A stretch of DNA of 38,065 bases from Bacillota bacterium (lineage in GTDB: Bacteria > Bacillota > Clostridia > Tissierellales > Sedimentibacteraceae): assembly GCA_036815895.1 (NCBI GenBank), contig DAISER010000024.1:1248-39312 (forward strand). Reading direction: 5' to 3'. This document shows, piece after piece, positions 1-11,356 of this stretch; the first letter of the stretch is position 1, and each line of letters opens with the position of its first letter. The position numbers were made by a program, and so were the translations under genes. The notes under the pieces were generated by a model. That model saw only the letters and a list, made by a program, of their open reading frames with translations, did no database searches and was not told where the DNA came from.

Positions 1-2
1 GT

Positions 3-470
3 CTTCTTGAGCCGGCTAATTTTAACTGTCCCGGACAAATAGTTGTCGGCGGAGAAAGCTCGGCAATCGAAAGTGCTCTGGGGGAGACTGCCGAATTTAA
101 CATCAAAAAAGCCGTCAAGCTTCAGGTAAGCGCTCCTTTTCACACATCGATGCTCAAATCGGCGGGAGCAAGGCTTAAAAAAGATCTGGATAAAATTAAG
201 TTCAAAAAACCGTCCTGCAGTGTTATATCAAACGTTGACACAGAATATTATCATGATGACTACGACATAGCGGATAAGCTTGAAAAACAGGTTTACAATC
301 CCGTGAGATGGGAGGCCTGTGTCAGAAAAATGATAGCGGACGGAGTAAGTACATTTGTGGAGATTGGACCGGGAAAAACACTGTCAGGGTTCATTAAAAA
401 AATAGATAAAAATGTCAAAGCGATAAATATAGAAAGTATTTCATCTTTGAAAGCCTATATGGCTGGTTAG
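3..470 (+). CDS. fabD: Malonyl-CoA:ACP transacylase, 3' part (5' end outside window)
   Basis: Frame is open from base 3: ANFNCPGQIVVGG, VSAPFHTS, NPVRWE, FVEIGPGKTLSG motifs; precedes fabG. Confidence 0.95.
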   Translation, partial: LLEPANFNCPGQIVVGGESSAIESALGETAEFNIKKAVKLQVSAPFHTSMLKSAGARLKKDLDKIKFKKPSCSVISNVDTEYYHDDYDIADKLEKQVYNPVRWEACVRKMIADGVSTFVEIGPGKTLSGFIKKIDKNVKAINIESISSLKAYMAG

Positions 471-479
471 GAGGAAACC

Positions 480-1211
480 ATGAAGACTGCTATTATAACG
501 GGAGCTTCAAAAGGCATCGGTGCTGCCGTAGCCTTGAGGTTAAACGAGCTGGGTTACAATCTTGTGTTGAATTACAGGAGCAGCACAGCTTCAATGAAAG
601 AACTGATAAACAGCTTTACAAACAAGGAAACCGGGAATCTGACGGTTCAGTGCGATATATCCTGTTATGAGGATGCAAAGAATCTCATAGATGAAGCATA
701 CGGAAGATTCGGTTCGGTTGACGTATTAATAAATAATGCCGGCATAACAAAAGACAATCTTCTTCCGCTTATGACCGAAGAAGAATTTGATTTGGTAATC
801 GGCACAAATTTAAAAGGAACGTTCAACTGCTGTAAACACATATCAAAAAAAATGGTAAAGCAAAAATGCGGCAGGATTATAAATATATCATCAGTAGTTG
901 GCTTGTGCGGAAATGCCGGGCAGGTTAACTATTCTGCTTCAAAGGCAGGAGTGATAGGCATGACCAAATCCATGGCAAGAGAGTTTGGAAAGAGAAACAT
1001 ACTTGTGAATGCCATAGCACCCGGATTTATCCGGACTGAAATGACTGATAAAATTCCCAAAGACATGAAAGCCGAAATGATTAGAAATATTCCTCTGCAA
1101 AGGCTGGGAAGACCGGATGATATTGCCGACGCAGTGGAGTTTCTAATTTCGGACAAAGCATCATATATAACAGGTCAGGTATTGTCGGTTAACGGCGGAT
1201 ATTATATGTAA
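480..1211 (+). CDS. fabG: 3-oxoacyl-ACP reductase
   Basis: SDR motifs TGASKGIG, NNAG, YSASK; AGGAGG RBS; fab context. Confidence 0.95.
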   Translation: MKTAIITGASKGIGAAVALRLNELGYNLVLNYRSSTASMKELINSFTNKETGNLTVQCDISCYEDAKNLIDEAYGRFGSVDVLINNAGITKDNLLPLMTEEEFDLVIGTNLKGTFNCCKHISKKMVKQKCGRIINISSVVGLCGNAGQVNYSASKAGVIGMTKSMAREFGKRNILVNAIAPGFIRTEMTDKIPKDMKAEMIRNIPLQRLGRPDDIADAVEFLISDKASYITGQVLSVNGGYYM

Positions 1212-1320
1212 AAAGAAAAGATGCAGCAGATTTGCGATTATTAAGCAGCGGTAAAGACAGCAGCTTGATTGCTTACAGCTGTCAGCCTTGCTAATCAATA
1301 AAGCAAAAGCAGGAGGATTT

Positions 1321-2556
1321 ATGAAAAGAAGAGTTGTAATAACCGGTATAGGTGTTGTCAGTCCCATAGGGGCAGGGGCAGATTTCTGGGAGAATGTCAA
1401 AAAAGGCAAGTGCGGGATCAGCCCAATAGAATCATTTAACACAGCTGATTTCAGTGTTAAATTAGCGGCAGAAATAAAGGAGTTTGATCCTACGGCATAT
1501 ATGGATAAAAAAGAATCAAAGAGAATGGACAGATACAGTCAGTTTGCACTTGCAGCAGCCGATATTGCCGTTAAAGATTCGGGACTTAATACGGAAAAAA
1601 TCGACAGCAAGAGATTCGGTACGGTTGTGGGCAGCGCCGTAGGCGGAATTCACACAATCGAAGCAGAGCATGAAAAGCTTCTGACCAAAGGCTCGGGAAA
1701 GGTATCTACATTTTTTATCCCCATGATGCTGTCGAATATGGCATCCGGGCTGGTTGCAATAAAATATAAAGCCAAGGCAATTAATTTCAGCACGGTCACC
1801 GCATGTGCCACCGGAGCTAATGCAATCGGAGAATCATACAAAAGAATTCAGGGCGGGATATGTGATGTAATGCTGGCGGGAGGTTCGGAGGCTGCCATAA
1901 CTCCATGTTCAATAGCAGGATTTTCGGCGCTGACAACACTTTCCACAACTACGGATGTAAGCAGGGCTTCGATTCCTTTTGACAAGGAAAGGCACGGATT
2001 TGTAATGGGCGAAGGTGCAGGAGTGATGGTTCTTGAAGATTATGATCATGCCGTTAAAAGAGGTGCAAAAATATATGCCGAAATAGCGGGATATGGAGCC
2101 ACTTGTGACGCATATCACATGACATCGCCGGATCCAAGCTCGGAAGGAGCATCAGATTCAATGCTTTGTGCCATTGAGGATGCCGGCATAACACCGGAAG
2201 ATATAGGTTATATAAATGCTCACGGAACGAGCACATTATATAATGATAAGTTTGAAACACAGGCGATAAAAAACATATTCGGTGACTATGCGTATGAGGT
2301 ACCAATAAGTTCGACAAAATCTATGACCGGACACCTGCTGGGAGCTGCGGGAGCAGTTGAAGCTATAGTGTGTGCGAAAGCTTTGGAAGATTCATATATA
2401 CCGGCCACAATAAACCATCTGGTAACTGATCCGGAGTTAGGGTTAAACTTCGTTCCGAACGAAGGAATTTGCAGGGAATTCGACTATGCCCTTTCAAATG
2501 CCTTTGGGTTCGGAGGGCACAATGCCACACTGGTTCTGAAAAAATACAAAGCTTAA
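1321..2556 (+). CDS. fabF: 3-oxoacyl-ACP synthase II
   Basis: MKRRVVITGIG start after AGGAGG; TACATG, AHGTST, GHLLGA Cys-His-His triad. Confidence 0.96.
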   Translation: MKRRVVITGIGVVSPIGAGADFWENVKKGKCGISPIESFNTADFSVKLAAEIKEFDPTAYMDKKESKRMDRYSQFALAAADIAVKDSGLNTEKIDSKRFGTVVGSAVGGIHTIEAEHEKLLTKGSGKVSTFFIPMMLSNMASGLVAIKYKAKAINFSTVTACATGANAIGESYKRIQGGICDVMLAGGSEAAITPCSIAGFSALTTLSTTTDVSRASIPFDKERHGFVMGEGAGVMVLEDYDHAVKRGAKIYAEIAGYGATCDAYHMTSPDPSSEGASDSMLCAIEDAGITPEDIGYINAHGTSTLYNDKFETQAIKNIFGDYAYEVPISSTKSMTGHLLGAAGAVEAIVCAKALEDSYIPATINHLVTDPELGLNFVPNEGICREFDYALSNAFGFGGHNATLVLKKYKA

Positions 2557-2566
2557 AGGAGTTACT

Positions 2567-2992
2567 ATGATTTATGATTCAAGCGACATTCAAAAGATAA
2601 TTCCCCACAGATACCCCATGCTTTTAGTCGATAAAATAACAGAGCTTAAAGAGGGAGAAATGGCGGCAGGCATAAAGAACGTAACATTTAATGAGCAGTT
2701 TTTTCAGGGGCATTTTCCGGGTAATCCTGTCATGCCCGGAGTCCTTATAATAGAAGCACTGGCACAGACAGGAGCGGTTGCCATTTTATCTCTCGAAGAA
2801 TTTAAATGCAGGACGATTTATTTCGGCGGAATCAAAAATGCTAAATTTAAGAAGAAAGTATGTCCGGGAGATACTCTGAAACTTGTGACTAAAATAACAA
2901 AGATGAAGGGAAATTTCGGCATTGGAAGTGCGGTTGCCTATGTGGATGATGTCATAGCTGCGGAAGCGGAGCTTATATTTGTAGTCGAGTAG
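2567..2992 (+). CDS. fabZ: 3-hydroxyacyl-ACP dehydratase
   Basis: PHRYPMLLVD, FFQGHFPGNPVMPGVLIIEALAQ. Confidence 0.96.
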   Translation: MIYDSSDIQKIIPHRYPMLLVDKITELKEGEMAAGIKNVTFNEQFFQGHFPGNPVMPGVLIIEALAQTGAVAILSLEEFKCRTIYFGGIKNAKFKKKVCPGDTLKLVTKITKMKGNFGIGSAVAYVDDVIAAEAELIFVVE

Positions 2993-3028
2993 CAGCGTCG
3001 TATTATTGTCAATGTTGAATTTTGAAGT

Positions 3029-3074
3029 ATAAAGCATGTTGCTATAATTTATTGTAACATGCTTTATTTATTTT
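3029..3074 (+). terminator. Intrinsic terminator of the fab operon
   Basis: ATAAAGCATGTTGC / GTAACATGCTTTAT stem followed by TTATTTT. Confidence 0.75.
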
Positions 3075-3110
3075 AGCAAAAAAAATGTTTTCCCGCATTT
3101 TTGCATACAT

Positions 3111-3128
3111 GTGTTAAAAACTTAACAA
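3111..3128. promoter_or_regulatory. Rex-like operator
   Basis: GTGTTAA-AAAC-TTAACAA matches clostridial Rex consensus TTGTTAA-N4-TTAACAA at all but the first position. Confidence 0.55.
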
Positions 3129-3308
3129 TAATGTTAAGAAAAATTAAACACTTTTAGAATGTAACAAATGTTACGTATAAAGTAAAATTTTCTGCTTATA
3201 ATTAAATTAATAAATAAATAAATAAATATTCTAAATTTAATTATGAAATATCGAGTTTTTTAATGTTTTTTTAATCAGTCAATCGCATTAAAAATCATTT
3301 TTCCATTA

Positions 3309-3337
3309 TTGACAAATTTCTTTTAACGAATTATAGT
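3309..3337 (+). promoter_or_regulatory. Sigma-A promoter of the V-ATPase operon
   Basis: TTGACA-N17-TATAGT. Confidence 0.75.
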
Positions 3338-3395
3338 ATTATCATGGGAAAATGTTTAACCTTTTTTCAAATTTTATAACAGAGGTGGTGGTATA

Positions 3396-3722
3396 GTGTC
3401 GATTGAAATCATCAAGGTAATAAAGGAAGCTGAGGAAAAGGCTGAAATGGTGAAAAAAGAAGCTGTTAAGCAGTCTAAACAGGTTATTACCGATGCTAAT
3501 GCGCAAGCTCAGCAGATAATTGATGAAGCACGAAAACGCGCTGAATCAGAAAGTTCTGAAGTCCTGAAAGTTGCTGAATCTGAAGGACAGCTTTTATATG
3601 ACGGCATAATTAATAATGCTGCAAAAGAATGTGAAAATATTCTTAAAAAAGCGGATGAGAACATGGATGATGCTGCTTCGATTATACTGGAAAGGATAGT
3701 GAATGCCAGTGGCAATAGTTAA
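3396..3722 (+). CDS. V/A-type ATPase peripheral stalk subunit (G/H, NtpF-like)
   Basis: GTG start after GAGGTGG; 108 aa charged coiled coil; first gene of the operon. Confidence 0.85.
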   Translation: MSIEIIKVIKEAEEKAEMVKKEAVKQSKQVITDANAQAQQIIDEARKRAESESSEVLKVAESEGQLLYDGIINNAAKECENILKKADENMDDAASIILERIVNASGNS

Positions 3723-5685
3723 AATGAGCAAAATCAGCATTATCGGCTTAAACAAAGAAAAATCATTGCTTATTAAAGAACTGATGGATCTGGGAGTTGT
3801 AGAAATAAGCTCACAGGATTCTAAACTCACAGATGAACAGTGGATTTCTTATGTGAAGAAAGACGGCAATGAATCAGAAGTTTCAAGCTATGATGCAAGA
3901 ATATCCAAAATCGGCGAAGTGCTTGCCAGTCTTGAGAAATATGACACAAGCAAAAGGCCTTTATTCAGCACAAGAAAGTATATTACTTCAAAAGAATTTG
4001 ACCAAAGGTTGTTAAATAACTCAACAACAAGGGAAAATGTCAATCAAGTTCTTGAATTAAACAAGTCTCTAAATGAACTCAGTTCTGAAGAAAACAAGAC
4101 AGAAGCGGCAATAATGAGTCTGAAACCATGGACATGTTATGATGTGCCTCTGGATCTAAGCGAAACTAAGTATACAAGCATATTTACAGGTATAGTTCCA
4201 AACATAGTAGAAATTGAAAAATTATTAAGTGATTTAGATGAAAAAACCGATAAGTGTTATTTTAATACAATCGGCAGTGACAAGGACCAGCATTACATTT
4301 CTATTATCTGTCTGACTCAGGAAAAGGAAGAAGTGTATGAAGTCCTGAAGCAATATGGATTTAGTAATGTTGTATTTAAGGATCTGGAAGGAACTGCGGC
4401 TGAAAATATTGTTAAGTATGAAAAAAAATTAAAAGAAATAGCCGGCAAAAAGGAAATAATAGAAAAAAGAATAGCGGAAGCTGTTCCATATAAAGAAGAA
4501 ATTCAAATTTTGCATGACTATTTGATTATTGAAAGAGATAAAAATAAAATTTTAAGCAATATGCTTAAAACAGATACTACTTTTTATATTGAAGGGTGGA
4601 TTCCGGAAGTAAGCAGGGAAAAAGTAGAGCAGATATTGAATAAATATCAGTGCTGGCATGAAGTAAGGCAGCCTGATGAAGGGGAACAATATCCGATATT
4701 GTTAAATAACAACTCATTTGTACAACCGCTTGAATCAATCACAGAGTTGTACAGCCTTCCATCATCTTCCAACATAGACCCAACAGCGGTCATGACACCT
4801 TTTTATATATTGTTTTTCGGCATGATGCTGGGAGATGTAGGATATGGTGCAATAATGGCAGTTGCATGTTTTCTGATTCTCAGGAAGTATAACATAGAAG
4901 GTACATTTAAAAAGATGATTAATTTATTTTTTTACTGCGGACTTTCTACAATGTTCTGGGGAGCCATGTTCGGAAGCTGGTTCGGAGACGGAATAACCAC
5001 AGGAGCCAAGGTTCTTTTCAATGCCAATTTGCCATTGAAATATGTGTGGCTGAATCCTATGGAAGATCCTATGACAGTTCTTATATTTTCTTTCGTACTC
5101 GGGCTCATTCATTTATTTGCCGGTATGGGAATAAAGGCATACGTTCTGATCAGGGACGGTCATCCTCTGGATGCTTTCTTCGATGTGGGGCTATGGTATT
5201 TGTTTATAATCGGACCTATATTCTGGCTTGCCGGAGACATGATTATTCCGGGCTCCGTCGAAGCCGGGAAATGGATAACCATAATATCCGCAGCGGGGCT
5301 TGTGCTTACGCAGGGAAGAGAAAAGAAAAACATTGTTGGTAAATTAACCGGCGGTGTAATGTCTCTTTACGGAATAACGGGCTATTTAAGTGATGTTTTA
5401 TCCTATTCAAGATTGCTTGCTCTCGGTCTCGCAACCAGTGTTATATCATCTGTCCTTAGCCTGATCGGCTCAATGGGCGGCAGTGGATTGCCCGGCAAAA
5501 TATTATTTATAGCGGTATTTTTATTCGGACATCTGATAAACTTTGCTATTAACGGATTGGGATCATTCGTACACTCCGCAAGACTTCAATATGTGGAATT
5601 TTTCGGAAAATTCTATGAAGGCGGAGGAGATGCTTTTAATCCGTTCATGAAGAAAACCAAATATATCAAAATAATTAATGATTAA
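3703..5685 (+). CDS. ntpI: V/A-type ATPase subunit I (a)
   Basis: MAIVKM-type N-terminus, FFGMMLGDVGYG, SDVLSYSRLLALGL, RLQYVEFFGKFY; true start may be GTG 3709. Confidence 0.95.
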   Translation: MPVAIVKMSKISIIGLNKEKSLLIKELMDLGVVEISSQDSKLTDEQWISYVKKDGNESEVSSYDARISKIGEVLASLEKYDTSKRPLFSTRKYITSKEFDQRLLNNSTTRENVNQVLELNKSLNELSSEENKTEAAIMSLKPWTCYDVPLDLSETKYTSIFTGIVPNIVEIEKLLSDLDEKTDKCYFNTIGSDKDQHYISIICLTQEKEEVYEVLKQYGFSNVVFKDLEGTAAENIVKYEKKLKEIAGKKEIIEKRIAEAVPYKEEIQILHDYLIIERDKNKILSNMLKTDTTFYIEGWIPEVSREKVEQILNKYQCWHEVRQPDEGEQYPILLNNNSFVQPLESITELYSLPSSSNIDPTAVMTPFYILFFGMMLGDVGYGAIMAVACFLILRKYNIEGTFKKMINLFFYCGLSTMFWGAMFGSWFGDGITTGAKVLFNANLPLKYVWLNPMEDPMTVLIFSFVLGLIHLFAGMGIKAYVLIRDGHPLDAFFDVGLWYLFIIGPIFWLAGDMIIPGSVEAGKWITIISAAGLVLTQGREKKNIVGKLTGGVMSLYGITGYLSDVLSYSRLLALGLATSVISSVLSLIGSMGGSGLPGKILFIAVFLFGHLINFAINGLGSFVHSARLQYVEFFGKFYEGGGDAFNPFMKKTKYIKIIND

Positions 5686-5704
5686 ATCAAGGAGGAAATT
5701 TTAA

Positions 5705-6187
<483 letters not shown>

Positions 6188-6225
6188 GAATGTATGTAAA
6201 AAATTTATAATAAGGATGTGAAGGG

Positions 6226-6804
6226 ATGAGCATTGAAAATATAACGGCTAACATATTAAGCGATGCGAAACATAATGCCGAAGTTTCTCTTGCCGATGCA
6301 AATAAAACAAAAAATGATATTATAAAAAATGCTGAAAATGAAGCCGAGGCTATTAAAAAAGCTGCAGCCGAAAAGGCGGAAAGAGATGCGGAAAGCTTAA
6401 AAAACAGAAAAGTATCAGCCGCAGAGCTTCAGGGAAGAAAGATGATGCTTTCGGCAAAGCAGGAAGCCATTAAAAAGAGCTTTGATGCGGTTATTAAAAA
6501 GCTCAGGGCCATGCCTGAAGATAAATATATTAATTTTCTTGCGGATCAAATAGCAAGGATTCCATACAGCGACGGAACAATCATTTTAAATAAACAGGAC
6601 AGAGAGAAAATTGGCGATAAATTAGTTAAAGCTGTCAATAACAGAGTAAAAACAAAAAGATTTACATTGAGCAATGAAACGGTAAATTCAAGCGGAGGCT
6701 TTGTGTTAAAAAGCGGATCAATAGAAATAAACAGCACCTTTGAAACCATATTGGACTCCATGAAGGATGAACTTACAAACGAAGTTGCAAATGCACTTTT
6801 TTAA
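6226..6804 (+). CDS. ntpE: V/A-type ATPase subunit E
   Basis: Coiled-coil N-terminus, GGFVL...IEINSTFE C-terminus; operon position. Confidence 0.9.
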   Translation: MSIENITANILSDAKHNAEVSLADANKTKNDIIKNAENEAEAIKKAAAEKAERDAESLKNRKVSAAELQGRKMMLSAKQEAIKKSFDAVIKKLRAMPEDKYINFLADQIARIPYSDGTIILNKQDREKIGDKLVKAVNNRVKTKRFTLSNETVNSSGGFVLKSGSIEINSTFETILDSMKDELTNEVANALF

Positions 6805-6826
6805 ATAATCCTGCCTGAAAGGAGGA

Positions 6827-7840
6827 ATGGCTTTGGCGAAGATTAAGGATACAGATTATTTATTTTCTACTGCACGCGTGCGAAGTGTTGAAAAGAATAT
6901 GCTGACACATGAAAGAGCGGAGAAGATGATTGATGCAAAAACAATTGAAGATGCCTTAAGAGTTTTAGACGATATAAATTACGCATATGGAATTGAAGCT
7001 GTAGCTCCTAATAATTATGAGGAACTGTTAACCGGAGAGCATAAGAAAACATACGATTTTATTACATCTGTAGCTCCGGAGTTAAAATACTTTAATATGT
7101 TTTTATACCCATATGATTATCATAATTTAAAAGTTATTATGAAGGCGGAGTATTTGGGCATGGATTTTTCCGATACTCTCGTAGACACAGGGACGATTGA
7201 TCTGAAAGTTCTTAAATATGCTGTGAAAGAAAGAGAATTTTCGGCTCTGACAGAAAATATGGAAAAAGCGTTAAAGGAAATAATCGAAACTTTCCCTAAA
7301 ACAAATGATCCGCAGCTGATAGACATTATTTTAGATAAATATTGCTATGACGAAGTGCTGAGCTCTGCAGAAGAAACAAAAAGTGATTTTATAATCGATT
7401 ATGTCAGAATGCAGATAGATACAATTAACCTGAAAACATATGTCAGGCTTAAAAAGATGAATAAATCATGGGATTTTTTCACCAAGGTGTTTTTACACGG
7501 CGGCAAAATACACGAACAGGTATTTATTAAAAACTATGATGAGCCGTTTGAAAAGTTTGCTGAACAGCTGTCTGCATATGATTTTAAAGATATATTTCTT
7601 GAGGGAACAGAAGCTCTTCAAGAAACGGGAATGTTTACAACATTGGAAAAACTTTTAGACAACAAACTTATACAGCATGTCAAATATGCCAAGTATGTAC
7701 CGTTTGGCATAGAGCCACTGGCAGGCTACCTGATTGCAAAAGATAATGAAATTAAAATTGCAAGAATTATACTGGCAGGCAAACTTGCAGGCATCTCGCC
7801 TGAACTTATAAGAGAGAGGGTGCGAGAGACATATGTATAA
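6827..7840 (+). CDS. ntpC: V/A-type ATPase subunit C (d)
   Basis: YDYHNLK, EIKIARIILAGK...IRERVRETYV; operon position. Confidence 0.92.
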   Translation: MALAKIKDTDYLFSTARVRSVEKNMLTHERAEKMIDAKTIEDALRVLDDINYAYGIEAVAPNNYEELLTGEHKKTYDFITSVAPELKYFNMFLYPYDYHNLKVIMKAEYLGMDFSDTLVDTGTIDLKVLKYAVKEREFSALTENMEKALKEIIETFPKTNDPQLIDIILDKYCYDEVLSSAEETKSDFIIDYVRMQIDTINLKTYVRLKKMNKSWDFFTKVFLHGGKIHEQVFIKNYDEPFEKFAEQLSAYDFKDIFLEGTEALQETGMFTTLEKLLDNKLIQHVKYAKYVPFGIEPLAGYLIAKDNEIKIARIILAGKLAGISPELIRERVRETYV

Positions 7841-8153
7841 AATAGGTGTTATCGGAGACAAACAAAGTGTTCTTGGTTTTAAGGCAGTCGGATTAAATGT
7901 TTTTGACTGCTCCACAAAGGAAGAAGTAAAAAATAAATTAAAAGCTATTGTTGACGAAGACTATGCTATTATTTATATAACGGAAAACTTCTACAACGAA
8001 ATCAGGGATACTGTTTATGAGTATGATGAAATGCGGCTGCCGGCAATCATTCCTATACCCGGCATGAATGGAACTACGGGCATAGGTCTTGAAAATATTA
8101 AGAAAGCCGTTGAAAGAGCAGTTGGTGCAGATATATTGTTTAACAACGATTAA
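7833..8153 (+). CDS. ntpG: V/A-type ATPase subunit F
   Basis: MYKIGVIGDK..LGFKAVG, IKKAVERAVGADI. Confidence 0.92.
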   Translation: MYKIGVIGDKQSVLGFKAVGLNVFDCSTKEEVKNKLKAIVDEDYAIIYITENFYNEIRDTVYEYDEMRLPAIIPIPGMNGTTGIGLENIKKAVERAVGADILFNND

Positions 8154-8193
8154 TTAGCAGTGTTATAAAAAATGAAAGCAGGTGATTTATTTA

Positions 8194-9966
8194 ATGAGCC
8201 AAGGAAGAGTAGTTAAAATATCAGGTCCGTTGGTTATTGCGGAAGGTATGAAAGATGCAGACATGTTTGACGTTGTGCGTGTAAGCGATCAAGGCCTGAT
8301 TGGCGAAATTATAGAGATGCGCGGTGACAGAGCATCCGTTCAGGTATATGAAGAAACAGCAGGATTAGCTCCGGGAGCACCTGTAGTATCAACAGGAGCA
8401 CAGCTTTCAGTCGAACTGGGACCCGGGCTTATTGAAACTATATATGACGGAATCCAGCGTCCACTGGAAGAAATCAGAAAGATAGCGGGACATAACATAA
8501 CAAGAGGTATCAGTGTTCCGTCTCTGAACAGAGAGAAGAAGTGGGAATTTGTTCCCGTTGCAAAGATTGGAGACAAAGTTCAGGCAGGAGACATAATAGG
8601 TACTGTTCAGGAAACAATTGTGGTTCAGCAAAAAATTATGGTTCCTTACGGCATAAGCGGAACTGTTGAAAAAATAAAATCAGGAAATTTTACTGTTGAA
8701 GAAACGGTGTGCGTTGTTAAAAAAGATGACGGTGAAACTGTTAATTTAACAATGATGCAGAAATGGCCCGTAAGAAAAGGAAGACCATACAAAGAAAAAT
8801 TAGTGCCGGAAAGACCTCTGGTAACGGGACAGAGAGTTATTGACACGTTGTTCCCGATTTCGAAGGGCGGTGTCGCAGCCGTTCCGGGACCGTTCGGAAG
8901 CGGTAAGACGGTTGTTCAGCATCAGCTGGCTAAGTGGGCGGATGCGGAAATAGTCGTATATATCGGCTGTGGCGAACGCGGAAACGAAATGACTGACGTT
9001 TTAATGGAGTTCCCTGAACTGAAAGACCCGAGGACAGGTGAATCATTGATGAAACGTACGGTGCTGATTGCCAACACATCTGATATGCCTGTTGCGGCAC
9101 GTGAAGCATCTATTTATACAGGAATTACAATAGCTGAATATTTCAGAGACATGGGTTATTCGGTAGCATTGATGGCAGACTCCACATCCCGTTGGGCAGA
9201 AGCACTTCGTGAAATGTCCGGACGTCTGGAAGAAATGCCCGGCGAAGAAGGTTACCCGGCATACCTGGCTTCACGTCTCGCTCAGTTCTACGAGAGAGCG
9301 GGAAGAGTTGTAAGTCTCGGTTCGGAAGGAAGAGAAGGAGCATTATCTGCCATAGGAGCGGTATCGCCTCCGGGAGGAGATATTTCGGAACCTGTTTCTC
9401 AGGCAACACTTCGTATAGTTAAGGTGTTCTGGGCACTTGATGCGCAGCTTGCTTACAGACGACACTTCCCGGCTATAAACTGGCTCAACAGTTATTCGCT
9501 GTATGTTGACAGATTAAGCAAGTGGTTTGATGAGAATGTGGCTAAGGACTGGACCGAACTTCGTTCTGAAACAATGAAGCTTCTGCAGGAAGAAGCAGAA
9601 CTGAATGAAATAGTCCAGCTGGTAGGTGTTGATTCACTGTCGGTTGCAGACAGATTAAAACTTGAAGCAACTCGATCCATAAGGGAAGATTACCTGCATC
9701 AGAATGCGTTCCATGAGGTAGACACATATTCATCTCTTGATAAACAGCACAAATTGCTCACATTAATTTTAAAATATTATCATGACGGAGCGGAAGCTTT
9801 AAAAGAGGGAGCTGATTTCAAAGCTCTGTCGGATATTCCAGTAAGAGAAAAGATAGGAAGATTTAAATACACAGAAGAAAAAGATATACAAGAGGCTTTT
9901 GACAGCATCAAAAAGCAGGTAGAAACAGAAATATCAGCTCTTGTATCAGGCAGGGAGGTCGAATAA
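8194..9966 (+). CDS. ntpA: V/A-type ATPase catalytic subunit A
   Basis: Walker [30 protein letters not shown]; no intein. Confidence 0.97.
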   Translation: MSQGRVVKISGPLVIAEGMKDADMFDVVRVSDQGLIGEIIEMRGDRASVQVYEETAGLAPGAPVVSTGAQLSVELGPGLIETIYDGIQRPLEEIRKIAGHNITRGISVPSLNREKKWEFVPVAKIGDKVQAGDIIGTVQETIVVQQKIMVPYGISGTVEKIKSGNFTVEETVCVVKKDDGETVNLTMMQKWPVRKGRPYKEKLVPERPLVTGQRVIDTLFPISKGGVAAVPGPFGSGKTVVQHQLAKWADAEIVVYIGCGERGNEMTDVLMEFPELKDPRTGESLMKRTVLIANTSDMPVAAREASIYTGITIAEYFRDMGYSVALMADSTSRWAEALREMSGRLEEMPGEEGYPAYLASRLAQFYERAGRVVSLGSEGREGALSAIGAVSPPGGDISEPVSQATLRIVKVFWALDAQLAYRRHFPAINWLNSYSLYVDRLSKWFDENVAKDWTELRSETMKLLQEEAELNEIVQLVGVDSLSVADRLKLEATRSIREDYLHQNAFHEVDTYSSLDKQHKLLTLILKYYHDGAEALKEGADFKALSDIPVREKIGRFKYTEEKDIQEAFDSIKKQVETEISALVSGREVE

Positions 9967-9967
9967 T

Positions 9968-11344
9968 ATGATTAGAGAATATAAAACAATATCTGAGGTA
10001 GCAGGACCTTTAATGCTTGTTAAAAATGTTGAAAATGTAGCTTATGATGAACTGGGAGTCATTGAACTTCCCAACGGCGAGACGAGAAGCTGCCGAGTTC
10101 TTGAAATTAATGGAAGCAACGCACTGGTACAGCTTTTTGAAAGCTCCGCAGGCATAAACCTTGCAGAGAGCAAGGTGAAATTTCTCGGAAGGGGAATGGA
10201 GCTGGCAGTATCCTACGATATGCTCGGACGTGTATTTGACGGTCTGGGAAGGCCTATCGACAACGGTCCGGAAATAATTCCCGAAAAAAGACTCGATATT
10301 AACGGTCTGCCAATGAATCCTTCGGCAAGAGACTATCCCGATGAATTTATACAGACAGGTGTTTCTGCAATAGACGGATTGAACACACTGGTAAGAGGGC
10401 AGAAACTTCCCATATTTTCAGGTTCCGGTCTGCCACATGCAGAGCTGGCGGCACAAATTGCACGTCAATCAAAAGTTCTTGGAACTGATTCCAAATTTGC
10501 CGTTGTATTTGCGGCAATAGGTATCACATATGAAGAAGCGGATTTCTTTATTTCCGACTTTAAGCGCACAGGTGCCATAGACAGAACCGTACTGTTCATG
10601 AATCTGGCTGACGACCCTGCCATAGAGCGTATTTCAACACCGCGTATGGCGCTTACCGCAGCAGAATTCCTGGCATTTGAAAAGGGTATGCACGTTCTCG
10701 TAATTCTTACAGATATAACTAACTATGCAGAGGCTCTGCGTGAGGTATCTGCGGCACGTAAGGAAGTACCGGGAAGACGTGGATATCCCGGATATTTATA
10801 TACTGACCTTGCATCCATTTATGAAAGGGCAGGACGAAAAAGAGATATTGAAGGCTCTATTACAATGATTCCTATACTTACGATGCCTGAAGATGACAAA
10901 ACGCATCCGATACCCGACCTGACAGGATATATTACAGAAGGTCAGATTATTCTTTCCCGTGAATTGTACAGAAAGAATATAAAACCTCCTATTGACGTTC
11001 TTCCTTCATTGTCACGTTTAAAGGATAAAGGTATAGGAAGAGGAAAGACGAGAGAAGACCACTCAGATGTATTGAACCAGCTGTTTGCGGCTTACGCGAG
11101 AGGTAAGGAAGCCAAAGAGCTTATGGCAATACTGGGAGAGGCAGCACTTTCTGACACAGATAAATATTATGCCAAATTCGCGGACGAATTTGAAAAAAAA
11201 TATGTTTCTCAAGGCTATGAAACAAACAGAACAATTGAAGAAACACTGACTATCGGATGGGATTTATTGACGCTGCTTCCGAAGAGCGAATTAAAACGTA
11301 TAAGGGACGAATATATTGAAAAATACTATCCGAAACAAGATTAG
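9968..11344 (+). CDS. ntpB: V/A-type ATPase subunit B
   Basis: [33 protein letters not shown] after GGGAGGT. Confidence 0.97.
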   Translation: MIREYKTISEVAGPLMLVKNVENVAYDELGVIELPNGETRSCRVLEINGSNALVQLFESSAGINLAESKVKFLGRGMELAVSYDMLGRVFDGLGRPIDNGPEIIPEKRLDINGLPMNPSARDYPDEFIQTGVSAIDGLNTLVRGQKLPIFSGSGLPHAELAAQIARQSKVLGTDSKFAVVFAAIGITYEEADFFISDFKRTGAIDRTVLFMNLADDPAIERISTPRMALTAAEFLAFEKGMHVLVILTDITNYAEALREVSAARKEVPGRRGYPGYLYTDLASIYERAGRKRDIEGSITMIPILTMPEDDKTHPIPDLTGYITEGQIILSRELYRKNIKPPIDVLPSLSRLKDKGIGRGKTREDHSDVLNQLFAAYARGKEAKELMAILGEAALSDTDKYYAKFADEFEKKYVSQGYETNRTIEETLTIGWDLLTLLPKSELKRIRDEYIEKYYPKQD

Positions 11345-11356
11345 AGGGGTGAGGTT

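Noticed and set aside
3205..3228. (TAAA)4 microsatellite upstream of the V-ATPase promoter
   Set aside because: Short and expected in very AT-rich DNA; outside the -35/-10 spacer, so phase variation is unsupported
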